Below are positions 55,237 through 64,000 of a DNA stretch of 64,000 nt, in pieces. The stretch is taken from the IMG/VR virus record IMGVR_UViG_3300018080_000165, positions 12,078 to 76,077 of that record. One strand, given 5' to 3'. The notes under the pieces were generated by a model that worked only from the letters and a program-made list of their open reading frames with translations, searched no databases and was not told the origin of the DNA. The DNA comes from a virus. How positions within the stretch are numbered: the stretch's first letter is position 1; each line of letters opens with the position of its first letter. The position numbers were made by a program, and so were the translations under genes.

Positions 55237-56864
55237 GGACTTTCTCCCCCGCCTACACCCTCTTCCGTCTTCTCCATTTCGGACAGTAGCTCGTCATAGG
55301 CTGTATCCTGCGCCTGGAAAGAGGCTTCCAGTTCAGGCAGGTTCAATCCGTATGAGCCGAGCGCGTACACGTTCAGATTCACGGGACGCTCGCCGAGAGC
55401 CGCCACAGCGCGTTCAACGTCTTCGGCCAACGTCTGTCTTTGATCTGCGAGGATTTCCAGCATCCTCCTCTTCACGTCCTTGACACCGAGAGTTCTCAGT
55501 GCTCCCGCTCTGGACTCCAATCCTTGCTCCATCTTGGCGACAAGCATGTCCACCACGAGTTTTTCATCTCGCGGCAACGGGGAGTTGAACTCAATTCCCG
55601 TTTCGTACATCCTCGTCTTGTCCTGGATTTGTTCTCCGATCTTGACGCCGAAGCGTTGATCCAAAATCTGAAGAACGATCTCGTTCGCCTGGACGATGGA
55701 ACTGCCGTATGTCGTGTACTTCCTTCGAGTCTTTTCGATCAAAGGAAGATAGGTCACTTCCAACGCGGCGGCAGATGTGTTGCTGATTTCTTGGATCGAT
55801 CCCAAGGAGTTCTCGGGCGTATTGGAGATTTCATGCAAGGACAGCTTCAGGAACTTCAAGTGATTCACTGCCGCTTCAAGTTCCCCTTCCAGTCCCAAGT
55901 TCTCCACTCTCGCCTTTTCAGGAAGGCCGGACCATACCTGATTCGGCGACTTCTCAAGTTGCTGCGCTCTCGCTCCGAAGATGAGGGTTGTCGGAGCGGA
56001 ATGATACTTGATGATCGAATCGATGTCGTTAGCCGCTTCATTGATGTGCTCATTCAAAGGAATGATGTCGTCAATGTCGGACTCACCAAAGAACGAACTT
56101 GCGATAGGGATGTTCCTCGTATGGACGACAGGAATCCGGCCAAGGAAGTTCTTCCTTCTGGAACCCGGAATCTCGTCCCGGTTCCAATACTCAACGACTT
56201 CTCTCCGGGTGATGATGATGGAGTACAATCCAAGCGGGCGTCCGCTTCTCAATGTCATGGCCCGCAAAGGTCTGTCCGAAGAGTTGAACACAGTCGGGAA
56301 CTGGATGAGAACGGCATACATCTCCCGTTCGTCGCTTTCGTCGTAGATGGGGTGGACATAAGAACTGTTTATATTGCGAATGACGATCTTTTGCTGATCG
56401 AGAGGGAGAGGCTTTCCGTCCACACCACGATCTTCGACGGTGATGTAAAGAAAAGCATCGCCTGTCACAGCGCCCATCTGTCCGTGTTCCCAAAGCATCT
56501 TGTCTCTATCGTTGGCTCTCCACACCATATCGAGAAGCGGAACAATGTTTTCGTTCCCCGGTGGTGTAGTGATCTTAAACCCGGAGCCAAAGAGCCAATC
56601 GACGGACTTGTTTATAATGGGACGACAGTAGTTGATGGCGAGTTTTCTTTGCCCGTCAATGGTTCGAACTTCGAAGTGTTCTCCGCGATAAAAGCGCCAG
56701 TTGCGCTTGTAGCGAGCAAGGCGTGTATGCGTGTAGTCTCGGGAGTGATCTTCAAAGAAAGTTCCGGTAACGTCCAAGACATCGTTCCCCGACAAAGCAG
56801 AATCGAGATACGTATCGGTACGTCCCGTGAAAGTCTTTCTCAAGAAGCCAAGCACTTTGCTCAT
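55233..56864 (-). CDS. Portal protein (SPP1 gp6-like)
   Basis: FY.G.H, INYC, IPVVH..N, GESDI, SNTSAAAL. Confidence 0.88.
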   Translation of the reverse strand: MSKVLGFLRKTFTGRTDTYLDSALSGNDVLDVTGTFFEDHSRDYTHTRLARYKRNWRFYRGEHFEVRTIDGQRKLAINYCRPIINKSVDWLFGSGFKITTPPGNENIVPLLDMVWRANDRDKMLWEHGQMGAVTGDAFLYITVEDRGVDGKPLPLDQQKIVIRNINSSYVHPIYDESDEREMYAVLIQFPTVFNSSDRPLRAMTLRSGRPLGLYSIIITRREVVEYWNRDEIPGSRRKNFLGRIPVVHTRNIPIASSFFGESDIDDIIPLNEHINEAANDIDSIIKYHSAPTTLIFGARAQQLEKSPNQVWSGLPEKARVENLGLEGELEAAVNHLKFLKLSLHEISNTPENSLGSIQEISNTSAAALEVTYLPLIEKTRRKYTTYGSSIVQANEIVLQILDQRFGVKIGEQIQDKTRMYETGIEFNSPLPRDEKLVVDMLVAKMEQGLESRAGALRTLGVKDVKRRMLEILADQRQTLAEDVERAVAALGERPVNLNVYALGSYGLNLPELEASFQAQDTAYDELLSEMEKTEEGVGGGESP

Positions 56865-56905
56865 GGTCTAACCTCACTCTATTAGTGTGCCGAAAATTCG
56901 GTACA

Positions 56906-57112
56906 CTACTTAGCCCTCTTGCGTCCAGCGGCAGCCATCTTGGCCATCTTCTTTGCGCCGAACTTTTTCCGGCCTATGACAGCGGCCAAAGCCTTTGGGT
57001 CTTCAATCCCGTCTTCCTGTCTTCCCAAGGATCGTTGAAGCCGTTGAAAACGTTTCCCGGTTCCCAACTTGGGCAGCTTCTTTTTCTGTCCACGTCCGCC
57101 ACGCTGTGCCAT
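56906..57112 (-). CDS. Small basic protein
   Basis: DPKALAAVIGRKKFGAKKMAKMAAAGRKR. Confidence 0.65.
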   Translation of the reverse strand: MAQRGGRGQKKKLPKLGTGKRFQRLQRSLGRQEDGIEDPKALAAVIGRKKFGAKKMAKMAAAGRKRAK

Positions 57113-59880
57113 TACGCTATTACCCCCGCTCCTACCATGAAGTTCTGTTGAACTTCGATTTCGCCCGTGTCTGCCGGTTCCTGCGCGCCGTAGGCGGCAA
57201 GCATGAGAGAAACAGGGTAGTCGTCATGCGCTCCCGGTTCGTCTGGATGCTCGCACACCATGTAGTTGTTCTTGTACAACTTTCTCAAGTCCAACATCTC
57301 TCCCACGAAGCGCCTGAAGTGTCTTGACTTTCTCGCCTTCTCTCCGGCAGGGAAGGAGAGTCTACCCGACATGAGATCGGAATGCAATATCTTAAAACCA
57401 TCCGACTTCGAAGCCGGGGTGAACTTCACTCCCTGCACTTCGACAAATCCCATTTCAGGCGTTCCATCCGCCCCCTTCCCGCGATCAAACTCGCTGTAGT
57501 ACACGGTGAACTTGTCAAGTCCCCATTCCCCCACACCTGTTGCATCGAGAGTGATCTTCCTCAGTCCTTTGAAATTGGAGAGGAAGTTCACAATCTCGTG
57601 GAATTGGTGCTCGTAGTTGTCGCCGAGAAGCATGTGCCAAGCAACGACACGCTTGTTGTAGGCGATCCAATGGAAACTCCCTTCAGGCGTGTCAACCCAT
57701 TCATCAGCGACGGGAGTTCTCCAATCCACGTCCATTACGGTAATCACACTTGGATCGTGGATTTTTCCGAAGTCAATCCCGGCGATCTGAGTTGTCACAC
57801 GAGAAGATCGGTGCCAAATCTCGTGATAGCCGCCGTGCGTCTTAGCGATTGCGGGCGTCATAAGCTGCTTGTCCGTGATGAACTGTCCACGCTCAAGCAA
57901 CCATTCGCAGCAATAGCTAAGACGGAACTCATCGCTGTCTTCACCAAGGCGAACTTTTTCTTTCTTGATGTAGTCCCGATACATGGAGTTGTACTTTTGA
58001 CAAACAAGATAGTCGTATCGGTAGTGGTTCTTCGCTTCGCCTTGCGCGTACAAACGCTGATTGGACTTGATCGACGTGTAGAAATCAGACTTCTCCGTCG
58101 AACAAGTTCCGATCTTCACAATGACGCCGTTGTACGCGGCAACCATGGGATGAAGGCTGTTACCTGTTACGATTCCATTAGCAATGACAAAATGCCGTTC
58201 ATCTGGAACAGTCACGCAGTATGTGGGTTTCTTTCCGATATGTCTGACGGATTTAACACTAACAAACTGTATGTCTTCAGGATAAAACTGACTTCTACTC
58301 CGCCCTCTTTTTCCTTGAATAGTGCGGATACCCGCTTCAAGAGCGTCTTGTTTTGGCCCTAAGTTAAACTGCTTATGAAATTCACGCACATCTTCAACAG
58401 ACTTTATATGCAGTCGGTACATATAGGTGCCTAGACGTTCTTTTATTCCCGGCAAATTCCCTGTGCTTTCCACGAAACCTTCGAACTTAGCACATTGAAT
58501 GCCGAAGTGTAACAAAGTTTTCCGAAGGCCGTCTACAAGATACTCTGAACAGTTGGAAAATGAAACAACAGGTTTCACAGTCGGATTTTCTATACTGCCG
58601 TCAGCTATAATCAACCCGGAAGCAAGTCCGCGCAGAAATTCTAAGCTCCAAGGAAGATTGGGTATACGCTTGTTCTCACGCTTTGCCCCCCAAACGCCGA
58701 TTTTTTTCAGCCATTCTGTCAACTTATTAGAGCCTTTCTTGTTTCCAGGCGAAGTAAGCCCACATTCAAGCATTCCACTAGATTGCTCGTTATAGACTAC
58801 AGGACGCACGCCGAATTCATGCGGACATATACGGTCAAGTAGTTTCTTTACAGAAGGCTCAACAATTATTTGCGGCTTATCGCCAGTGAAACATCCGTCA
58901 CCAAGAAGCAAGCCAAGCAAGAATCCTCGATCAAAGTTCCCTAAGACACCTGCTGCATTATTCAATCGTGTAGGAACAGCCATTTGCCAGCCGGGCTGGA
59001 TTTCGTAAGTCAAGGCTTCGAAAGGAACCCTCCGAGTTCTGCTGCGCACAAAATGCCGGTGATTGGCCGTAACGTCTAAGTATCTTCCTCCTGCTAATGT
59101 CACACGATACACGGGTTGCACACCATTATCATGGTACTCAATATCACGAGACTCAAAAAAGCCAGAAGGAGTCAACACAGGCAGTTTCTTTTTGACAACT
59201 TCTTCCACAGGAACTTCGATTCCTCCAGAAGTAATGAAAAGCGTGCCTTCAGCAAAACACTTCCTCACCTTCAGCGTCCCGATGTCTTGCGCCTCATCAA
59301 GAATCAGGATGTGGTACGTGTCGCCTTCGATGTGTGACTGTTCCGAAGCCGACTGAGAACGAATCCGGCTTCCATTCGAAAGACGAGTCTTGTTGGCGTT
59401 GCCGATGTCAAGGGCAACGTTCAATTCGGCGGCTACTTCCTTCGTGGTGTCCGTTTCGAGCGTGTCACGAAGGCGACTGTAAACGATGTCAGCCTGTTCC
59501 TGTTTCGGCGCGTAGATGCCGACAACGACACCGTACTTGTAGCCGCGATAGTTGCCTTGCTCGTCGGTACAGTTCAAGCGCCAATCGTCTTCGAAGATTT
59601 TCATTCTCGCAAGAAGCGGAAGAATCAAGCAGCACGCGGCGAGAATGTCCGCAATCAACTGAGACTTGCCGGACTGCCTAGCCCAAAGCGCGGTAAGCAT
59701 GTCGCCGTCATGGAGAAGAACGGCTTCCACAAAACGATAGCCGAACTCCTTCTGATACTTGAAGTGCCTCTTCTGAGAAAGGATTTCGGCAAGACGGAGA
59801 ATACGCAAAACAAGACTATCCAACGGCACAGTCGGTTGACTGGTTTCCCGCGTGCAGACACGCGGTGCCATGGGTTCCAT
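57112..59880 (-). CDS. Terminase large subunit (intein-containing)
   Basis: ARQSGKS, ILDEAQD, GIDFG..HD, DATGVG, HDDYP. Confidence 0.92.
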   Translation of the reverse strand: MEPMAPRVCTRETSQPTVPLDSLVLRILRLAEILSQKRHFKYQKEFGYRFVEAVLLHDGDMLTALWARQSGKSQLIADILAACCLILPLLARMKIFEDDWRLNCTDEQGNYRGYKYGVVVGIYAPKQEQADIVYSRLRDTLETDTTKEVAAELNVALDIGNANKTRLSNGSRIRSQSASEQSHIEGDTYHILILDEAQDIGTLKVRKCFAEGTLFITSGGIEVPVEEVVKKKLPVLTPSGFFESRDIEYHDNGVQPVYRVTLAGGRYLDVTANHRHFVRSRTRRVPFEALTYEIQPGWQMAVPTRLNNAAGVLGNFDRGFLLGLLLGDGCFTGDKPQIIVEPSVKKLLDRICPHEFGVRPVVYNEQSSGMLECGLTSPGNKKGSNKLTEWLKKIGVWGAKRENKRIPNLPWSLEFLRGLASGLIIADGSIENPTVKPVVSFSNCSEYLVDGLRKTLLHFGIQCAKFEGFVESTGNLPGIKERLGTYMYRLHIKSVEDVREFHKQFNLGPKQDALEAGIRTIQGKRGRSRSQFYPEDIQFVSVKSVRHIGKKPTYCVTVPDERHFVIANGIVTGNSLHPMVAAYNGVIVKIGTCSTEKSDFYTSIKSNQRLYAQGEAKNHYRYDYLVCQKYNSMYRDYIKKEKVRLGEDSDEFRLSYCCEWLLERGQFITDKQLMTPAIAKTHGGYHEIWHRSSRVTTQIAGIDFGKIHDPSVITVMDVDWRTPVADEWVDTPEGSFHWIAYNKRVVAWHMLLGDNYEHQFHEIVNFLSNFKGLRKITLDATGVGEWGLDKFTVYYSEFDRGKGADGTPEMGFVEVQGVKFTPASKSDGFKILHSDLMSGRLSFPAGEKARKSRHFRRFVGEMLDLRKLYKNNYMVCEHPDEPGAHDDYPVSLMLAAYGAQEPADTGEIEVQQNFMVGAGVIA
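58159..59259 (-). mobile_element. Intein with LAGLIDADG homing endonuclease (367 aa)
   Basis: K|CFAEGT start, TANH block B, LGLLLGDG and LIIADG, ends VTGN|S; lower GC. Confidence 0.92.
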
Positions 59881-59888
59881 AAGACTGT

Positions 59889-60275
59889 TCACGGATTCCG
59901 CGTCTCCAGTTCCTTCTGAATGACTTTCACGTCTATTTGCATCTGTTGCTGGCGCGTGTCCATCTTTGTGTTCCACGCCTTCTGTTCTTCCATGTGCCGC
60001 TCGATTCTCTTGTACGCTTTCTCGGTGATCTCCTTGTTGTGCTCGTTATCTTTCTGCAAGTCCTTGATGTTGCCGTGGTTTTCCCAACTCCGCTTGTTGA
60101 CCGGCAAAAGGCGCTCTTCGTTTCTCTGAATGCCTTCTTTGTTCTCTTTCACATCCCGCTGCATCTGAAGAAACGTGTAGTAGAATCCGATGATCGCGGC
60201 GCATAGCGCGAGCACGAACTTAATCAATTCAAATCCATGCTTCGACGCATGTTTCTTCAGCGTTGAAGTGTTCAT
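59889..60275 (-). CDS. Single-TM coiled-coil protein
   Basis: LIKFVLALCAAIIGFYYTFL then heptads. Confidence 0.65.
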   Translation of the reverse strand: MNTSTLKKHASKHGFELIKFVLALCAAIIGFYYTFLQMQRDVKENKEGIQRNEERLLPVNKRSWENHGNIKDLQKDNEHNKEITEKAYKRIERHMEEQKAWNTKMDTRQQQMQIDVKVIQKELETRNP

Positions 60276-60643
60276 ACAGGCGCACTCCTGTTGCTGACCC
60301 TCGCTACGTAAGGAGTGAGAGCCGCTTGAACATCCGGCAACGACGGCTTCCTGATGAAATCCCGTTTGCACTCCGACATGAGATTCCACGCCATATCCGT
60401 GCTCAACGGTGTCCAAATGACGACGAGAGTCTTGATTTCAGAAAGAACAGCGATAACTTCGTCTGCATCGATTGTGGACAACACATCCGCCAAAATCAAA
60501 TCGTAGGTTTTGTTTTCCAGCCTACGTTTGAGTATGTATATATTGGGACATGTGTCCACGAACGCTTGCGGAACGAAACCTGCGATCCTCTCCGCAACAT
60601 GATTCGCAAAAACCCTATTGGAATCGAAAACGAGAATGTTCAT
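60272..60643 (-). CDS. Stand-alone response-regulator receiver (CheY-like)
   Basis: NILVFDS, YDLILAD, VVIWT, DFIRKP. Confidence 0.75.
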   Translation of the reverse strand: MNILVFDSNRVFANHVAERIAGFVPQAFVDTCPNIYILKRRLENKTYDLILADVLSTIDADEVIAVLSEIKTLVVIWTPLSTDMAWNLMSECKRDFIRKPSLPDVQAALTPYVARVSNRSAPV

Positions 60644-60954
60644 CGCTTTCCTCTCCCGCTACGTGTAGTTGCTATATCCCATTCGTTGAACTCTTTCCGG
60701 GTCAAATAGATTCCCGGAAAACCTGAAACAGTCGCGTCAAGATCGTTGATGTCCTTCTTGGCGTCATCTATCCTCTGGTAGAGATGTCTCACATCTTCAC
60801 GGTGTTTCTCTTCGTGAGCGATCAATCTTCCTTCGACTTCTTTCAACTTGCCCCAAAAGAGCCGCCCAATAACAAAGATCAACGTTCCAACGACAGCTAA
60901 GAGCGCCGAAAGGAGCGTAAAAATGATCGTCATTGTGTAGTTGTCACCTTTCAT
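60640..60954 (-). CDS. Single-TM coiled-coil protein (holin-like position)
   Basis: IIFTLLSALLAVVGTLIFVIG then heptads. Confidence 0.65.
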   Translation of the reverse strand: MKGDNYTMTIIFTLLSALLAVVGTLIFVIGRLFWGKLKEVEGRLIAHEEKHREDVRHLYQRIDDAKKDINDLDATVSGFPGIYLTRKEFNEWDIATTRSGRGKR

Positions 60955-60963
60955 CTCACACTC

Positions 60964-61311
60964 CTATCCGCTGTAAGTCACGTCGCCTTTGATCTTGAAC
61001 ACGCCTTGAAGAACTGTGTGAATGTCGCCAGAAGGCAACTCTACTTCAACGTCATACACGAAGTTTCCGCAATAGTTCAACTCCCTTGTGTCAGCGGGAA
61101 CAAGATAGATTTCGAGCACGCCATTTGTTGGATCGGTGATCGCGGCTTCGCCAGCAACGGCAGAAGACTTCTCGATCAAAGCTGTGGTGTTGAAGTCCTT
61201 TCGGACGGTGAATCGCGCTGTGCTTCCGGTGATGTCAAACACAACGCCGTCAACGTCCTTAACGGTCACTTCAAGCGTTTGGTTGTCACCCCTGAAGATT
61301 TCAACGTCCAT
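60964..61311 (-). CDS. BppU N-terminal-like beta-sandwich protein
   Basis: RGDN...DITG....F.V...L.PADT...YDVE....G...T...G.F. Confidence 0.75.
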   Translation of the reverse strand: MDVEIFRGDNQTLEVTVKDVDGVVFDITGSTARFTVRKDFNTTALIEKSSAVAGEAAITDPTNGVLEIYLVPADTRELNYCGNFVYDVEVELPSGDIHTVLQGVFKIKGDVTYSG

Positions 61312-61321
61312 CTTCCGCTCC

Positions 61322-61492
61322 TTAGACGCAACAGCACTTTAGGGTGCCGACAAGTTGGCTCTTGTCAACAATGGTTCCTTTCAAGCCGGTTCGCTTGACA
61401 ACGATTGTTCCCGTCAAAGGAAAGTGCAGGCACAAGTTTCTTCTCGGCCTGCAAATCATTCCCTTGGTTGCCAAACACACGCCTGAAGCCAT
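61322..61492 (-). CDS. Small hypothetical protein (56 aa, ends KCCCV)
   Basis: ATG after AGGAG; fills gap. Confidence 0.5.
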   Translation of the reverse strand: MASGVCLATKGMICRPRRNLCLHFPLTGTIVVKRTGLKGTIVDKSQLVGTLKCCCV

Positions 61493-61496
61493 CGTA

Positions 61497-62054
61497 CTAC
61501 TCCTTGACCACCTGATACGTAAGCATCTCGTCGTCCACGTTGTACGTCGCCGATACGGAGTATTCCGCGAGAACGTTCGTGTTCGCGATGGTATCCGCCT
61601 TGGAAGGGTATATCCTGATCGTCGCGGAAGTCAAGTTGTGTCTCGCGTCATACACCGGAGAGAAGATTCTGAAGTTCTCTTGGACAAGCCCAAGGACTCT
61701 TTGCAAGAGGGTCAGAAGGGAAGTTACGTCTCCGGTAACTGTATCGACGGCAGTCCGAATGGAATCCAGATCGTTTGCTTCCACGAGCACGGTTTCAAGT
61801 TCGGTCGAAATGTATTCGTCCAGCGTCGTGTGTCCTGCATCGGTGTACGTCACGAAACGAGCGTTGTACTTCCCTACGGCAGTGAAGGTGTAGGACGCTT
61901 CATAGTAGCCGCCCGAACGATGCGGAAGATCGACAGTGACAAAGGGTGTTGCCGATCCGGGAATGAAGATTTCCACTTGAGGAAACTTCGTGGTTTCCCT
62001 ATCAGCCAACTGAAGGCCCAAAGAAGTTGTCTCGTCTTTGACGCCACGTATCAT
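61497..62054 (-). CDS. Putative virion protein
   Basis: ATGA-coupled to upstream gene. Confidence 0.65.
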   Translation of the reverse strand: MIRGVKDETTSLGLQLADRETTKFPQVEIFIPGSATPFVTVDLPHRSGGYYEASYTFTAVGKYNARFVTYTDAGHTTLDEYISTELETVLVEANDLDSIRTAVDTVTGDVTSLLTLLQRVLGLVQENFRIFSPVYDARHNLTSATIRIYPSKADTIANTNVLAEYSVSATYNVDDEMLTYQVVKE

Positions 62055-62872
62055 TTCAAGAACCTCGTTGCATCCGGCGCTGTCAACACTGCCTGTCTCA
62101 CTTTTTCCGGCCACATGCTTTGCTTGCTGAACATTGGATTGTTGCAGGCCACGGAACAACAAATCATCGGGAACTGCAAGAACGCATCCGCTAGATAGAC
62201 TCTCTGCTTGAATCTATCGAACGGAAGAAAGATCGCTGTCAGAGAAGCCTTGATTTTCCTCTTCGACGGAGCATGTCGCTTGATCTTGTCACAGCAGAAA
62301 GCGCCAAGTTCGGTGCAATACGAAGCGGGCTTACCGCTCGGCTTGAAATCGAAGTTGTAGCCGATGCCGGATTGACTCAATGCGGCATCAACAATGATCT
62401 GCGCTTCCGAATGCACGACCCACGGACGAACGACAGCGGCATAGTCGGAATGGAACAGAAGTTCTCCCAAGTCTTGAACAACCACTCCTTCGCTGATCGC
62501 GTGTGTAATCGTTCTTACGAACGTCCCCACTTGTTGTCCGCCCGTATGAACTCTGTCCACTCCAAGAGATCGAGGTTTGTAGATGAACTTCGTTTTCTGA
62601 TCCCTGTATCCGGTGACAGGCCCGGTAAACACAGCAAGATGTTTCCATGCTCCAGGAATGAACTTCGCGGAACCAATATAGTGTCTGGATTGTGTAAGGA
62701 TGAAGTCTCCGGGCTGCATGAGACTCGTAAAGCAACGGTAGTCATCCCATGTGAAATGCACTTTTGGCATCCCGTAGACAACAGCGGGCCAAAGAAGCGG
62801 ATTCAGACAGAGACACTTGGGAGAAGCCCAAATGTCGCCGCCAAAAGCCGCTAGCCTCGCCTGAATGTTCAT
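62051..62872 (-). CDS. Permuted papain-like NlpC/P60 (YiiX/YebB-type) protein
   Basis: QPGDFIL...WKHLAVF...YNFDF...YCTEL: His before Cys. Confidence 0.8.
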   Translation of the reverse strand: MNIQARLAAFGGDIWASPKCLCLNPLLWPAVVYGMPKVHFTWDDYRCFTSLMQPGDFILTQSRHYIGSAKFIPGAWKHLAVFTGPVTGYRDQKTKFIYKPRSLGVDRVHTGGQQVGTFVRTITHAISEGVVVQDLGELLFHSDYAAVVRPWVVHSEAQIIVDAALSQSGIGYNFDFKPSGKPASYCTELGAFCCDKIKRHAPSKRKIKASLTAIFLPFDRFKQRVYLADAFLQFPMICCSVACNNPMFSKQSMWPEKVRQAVLTAPDATRFLK

Positions 62873-62881
62873 TCCTGTTCC

Positions 62882-63205
62882 TCACACGCTTTCCACGTCG
62901 AGCACTCCGTTGTCACAGACAATGCGGAAAAGAGCACCTGTTGTTTTGTCCTTTATCAAAAGCCTGGAAGGAATGTTACCTGGAAAAGCGGCCATCCAAT
63001 CTTCGTTCATAAGAATTTCCTTGATGGCCGCGTTGTCGTACACGTCATATGAGTCGAATAGTTCTTGGGGCGGGAGGAATTCCACCACGACTCGTGTTCC
63101 GTCGATTGACTTCAACATGGTGCCGAGCGACAACGACGTGGACACGTCAATCATCTCTTGCGTGATTTCGGTAGAGGGAACGATTGCGTATGCTACATTG
63201 CTCAC
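62882..63205 (-). CDS. Hypothetical protein
   Basis: GGAGG RBS. Confidence 0.6.
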   Translation of the reverse strand: MSNVAYAIVPSTEITQEMIDVSTSLSLGTMLKSIDGTRVVVEFLPPQELFDSYDVYDNAAIKEILMNEDWMAAFPGNIPSRLLIKDKTTGALFRIVCDNGVLDVESV

Positions 63206-64000
63206 GTGTTCATCCTCCCGCCAGGAGGGTAGTTGTTCCTAAACGGGGACGCGGGGAAGTTGACCATCGTCCCATTATTGCTGTTGACGGAGTTGTCCGT
63301 GATTGTCGGAGCGGTGTCTGTTTGGTCACAGCGCCACCAGCCGACAAGATTCGCGGATAGACTATGGAAAGTCGGATCGGACGGAGTTCCGGCATTATAG
63401 AGTTCGCGGACTTCTTCAGCCGTCAACTCAGCGTTCCAGATTGTCGCGCTCGTTGAGAATCCATCGAAGAATCTGCTAAATCCGTCACGGGAACTTATGG
63501 CAAGATTCGCCGCCGCTTCGACTATGGTGGCCGTCAAGTTGTCTCCCGTGATGTTGTTCCGCGTTAGTTCCTTGCCGTCCAAATACAGCTTCACACCTGA
63601 AGCCGCGCTGCTTCCGTCATAGGTCACGCACACATGATGCCACAGGCCGTTGTTGACTTCTCTGTAGCCTATGGGAAAATCCACTTCGATCCCGTTCAAG
63701 GTATCCGTACTCGTTATGCCAACGACAAAATCGGGATTAGACGGACGGTAAACAAGCGACCAACCTCTCCTTGTTCCTCCGTCCAGCCGCTTGCTCAAAA
63801 GAGCGCCGACAGTGGAAAGTTCAAGAGTGCAAAACCAAATGCCGAAAGAAAACGAGTCCAGCAGGTCGAACTGAATCTCTGCCGGATTCCCGATGTCAAT
63901 CCAGTCGTTGACTCCATCGAATTCAAGAGTCTCTGTCAATGCCAGGGCGGAAGCAACAGGTATGCCCGCGATCAACTTTTCCTGGTCCGTAAGACCACCA
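63202..64000 (-). CDS. LamG/concanavalin-A-like domain virion protein (probably 5' partial)
   Basis: LEFDGVND, WHHVCVTYDG, KLYLDG, FDG, LVGWW. Confidence 0.85.
   Translation of the reverse strand, partial: GGLTDQEKLIAGIPVASALALTETLEFDGVNDWIDIGNPAEIQFDLLDSFSFGIWFCTLELSTVGALLSKRLDGGTRRGWSLVYRPSNPDFVVGITSTDTLNGIEVDFPIGYREVNNGLWHHVCVTYDGSSAASGVKLYLDGKELTRNNITGDNLTATIVEAAANLAISSRDGFSRFFDGFSTSATIWNAELTAEEVRELYNAGTPSDPTFHSLSANLVGWWRCDQTDTAPTITDNSVNSNNGTMVNFPASPFRNNYPPGGRMNT

Overview
A 64-kb internal segment of a large tailed dsDNA bacteriophage genome (long tape measure, tail tube, no sheath seen, so siphovirus-like). Almost every gene is on the minus strand. Reading in transcription order from the right end: LamG, permuted-papain and BppU-like virion genes; a membrane-protein/CheY-like receiver/membrane-protein trio; intein-containing large terminase; portal; scaffold; N4-gp56-type major capsid; neck and tail genes with a -1 frameshift chaperone; tape measure; a very Cys-rich tail-tip module. 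A replication/recombination module follows (SF2 helicase, initiator plus candidate origin, DnaC-like loader, two UDG-family proteins, DnaB, primase, gp32-like SSB, PolA, RecA, Cas4-like nuclease, two Hjc-like resolvases). Then come a 7-deazaguanine cluster (queF, two queC paralogs, folE, queD, queE; no dpdA/tgt in this window) and an early region of small genes. The most notable signals not explained by the ORF track are: (i) a ~650-nt highly base-paired non-coding leader behind a promoter and boxA-like site (6600-7275); (ii) a tRNA-Asn-like gene split at the anticodon loop by an HNH remnant inside the que cluster; (iii) a divergent second QueC; (iv) a shared basic-tail+FA[F/L] C-terminus on four unrelated proteins; (v) a recurring 20-bp palindrome; (vi) a pseudoknotted RNA directly after the capsid stop codon. 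All calls come from reading motifs by eye; no database searches were run.
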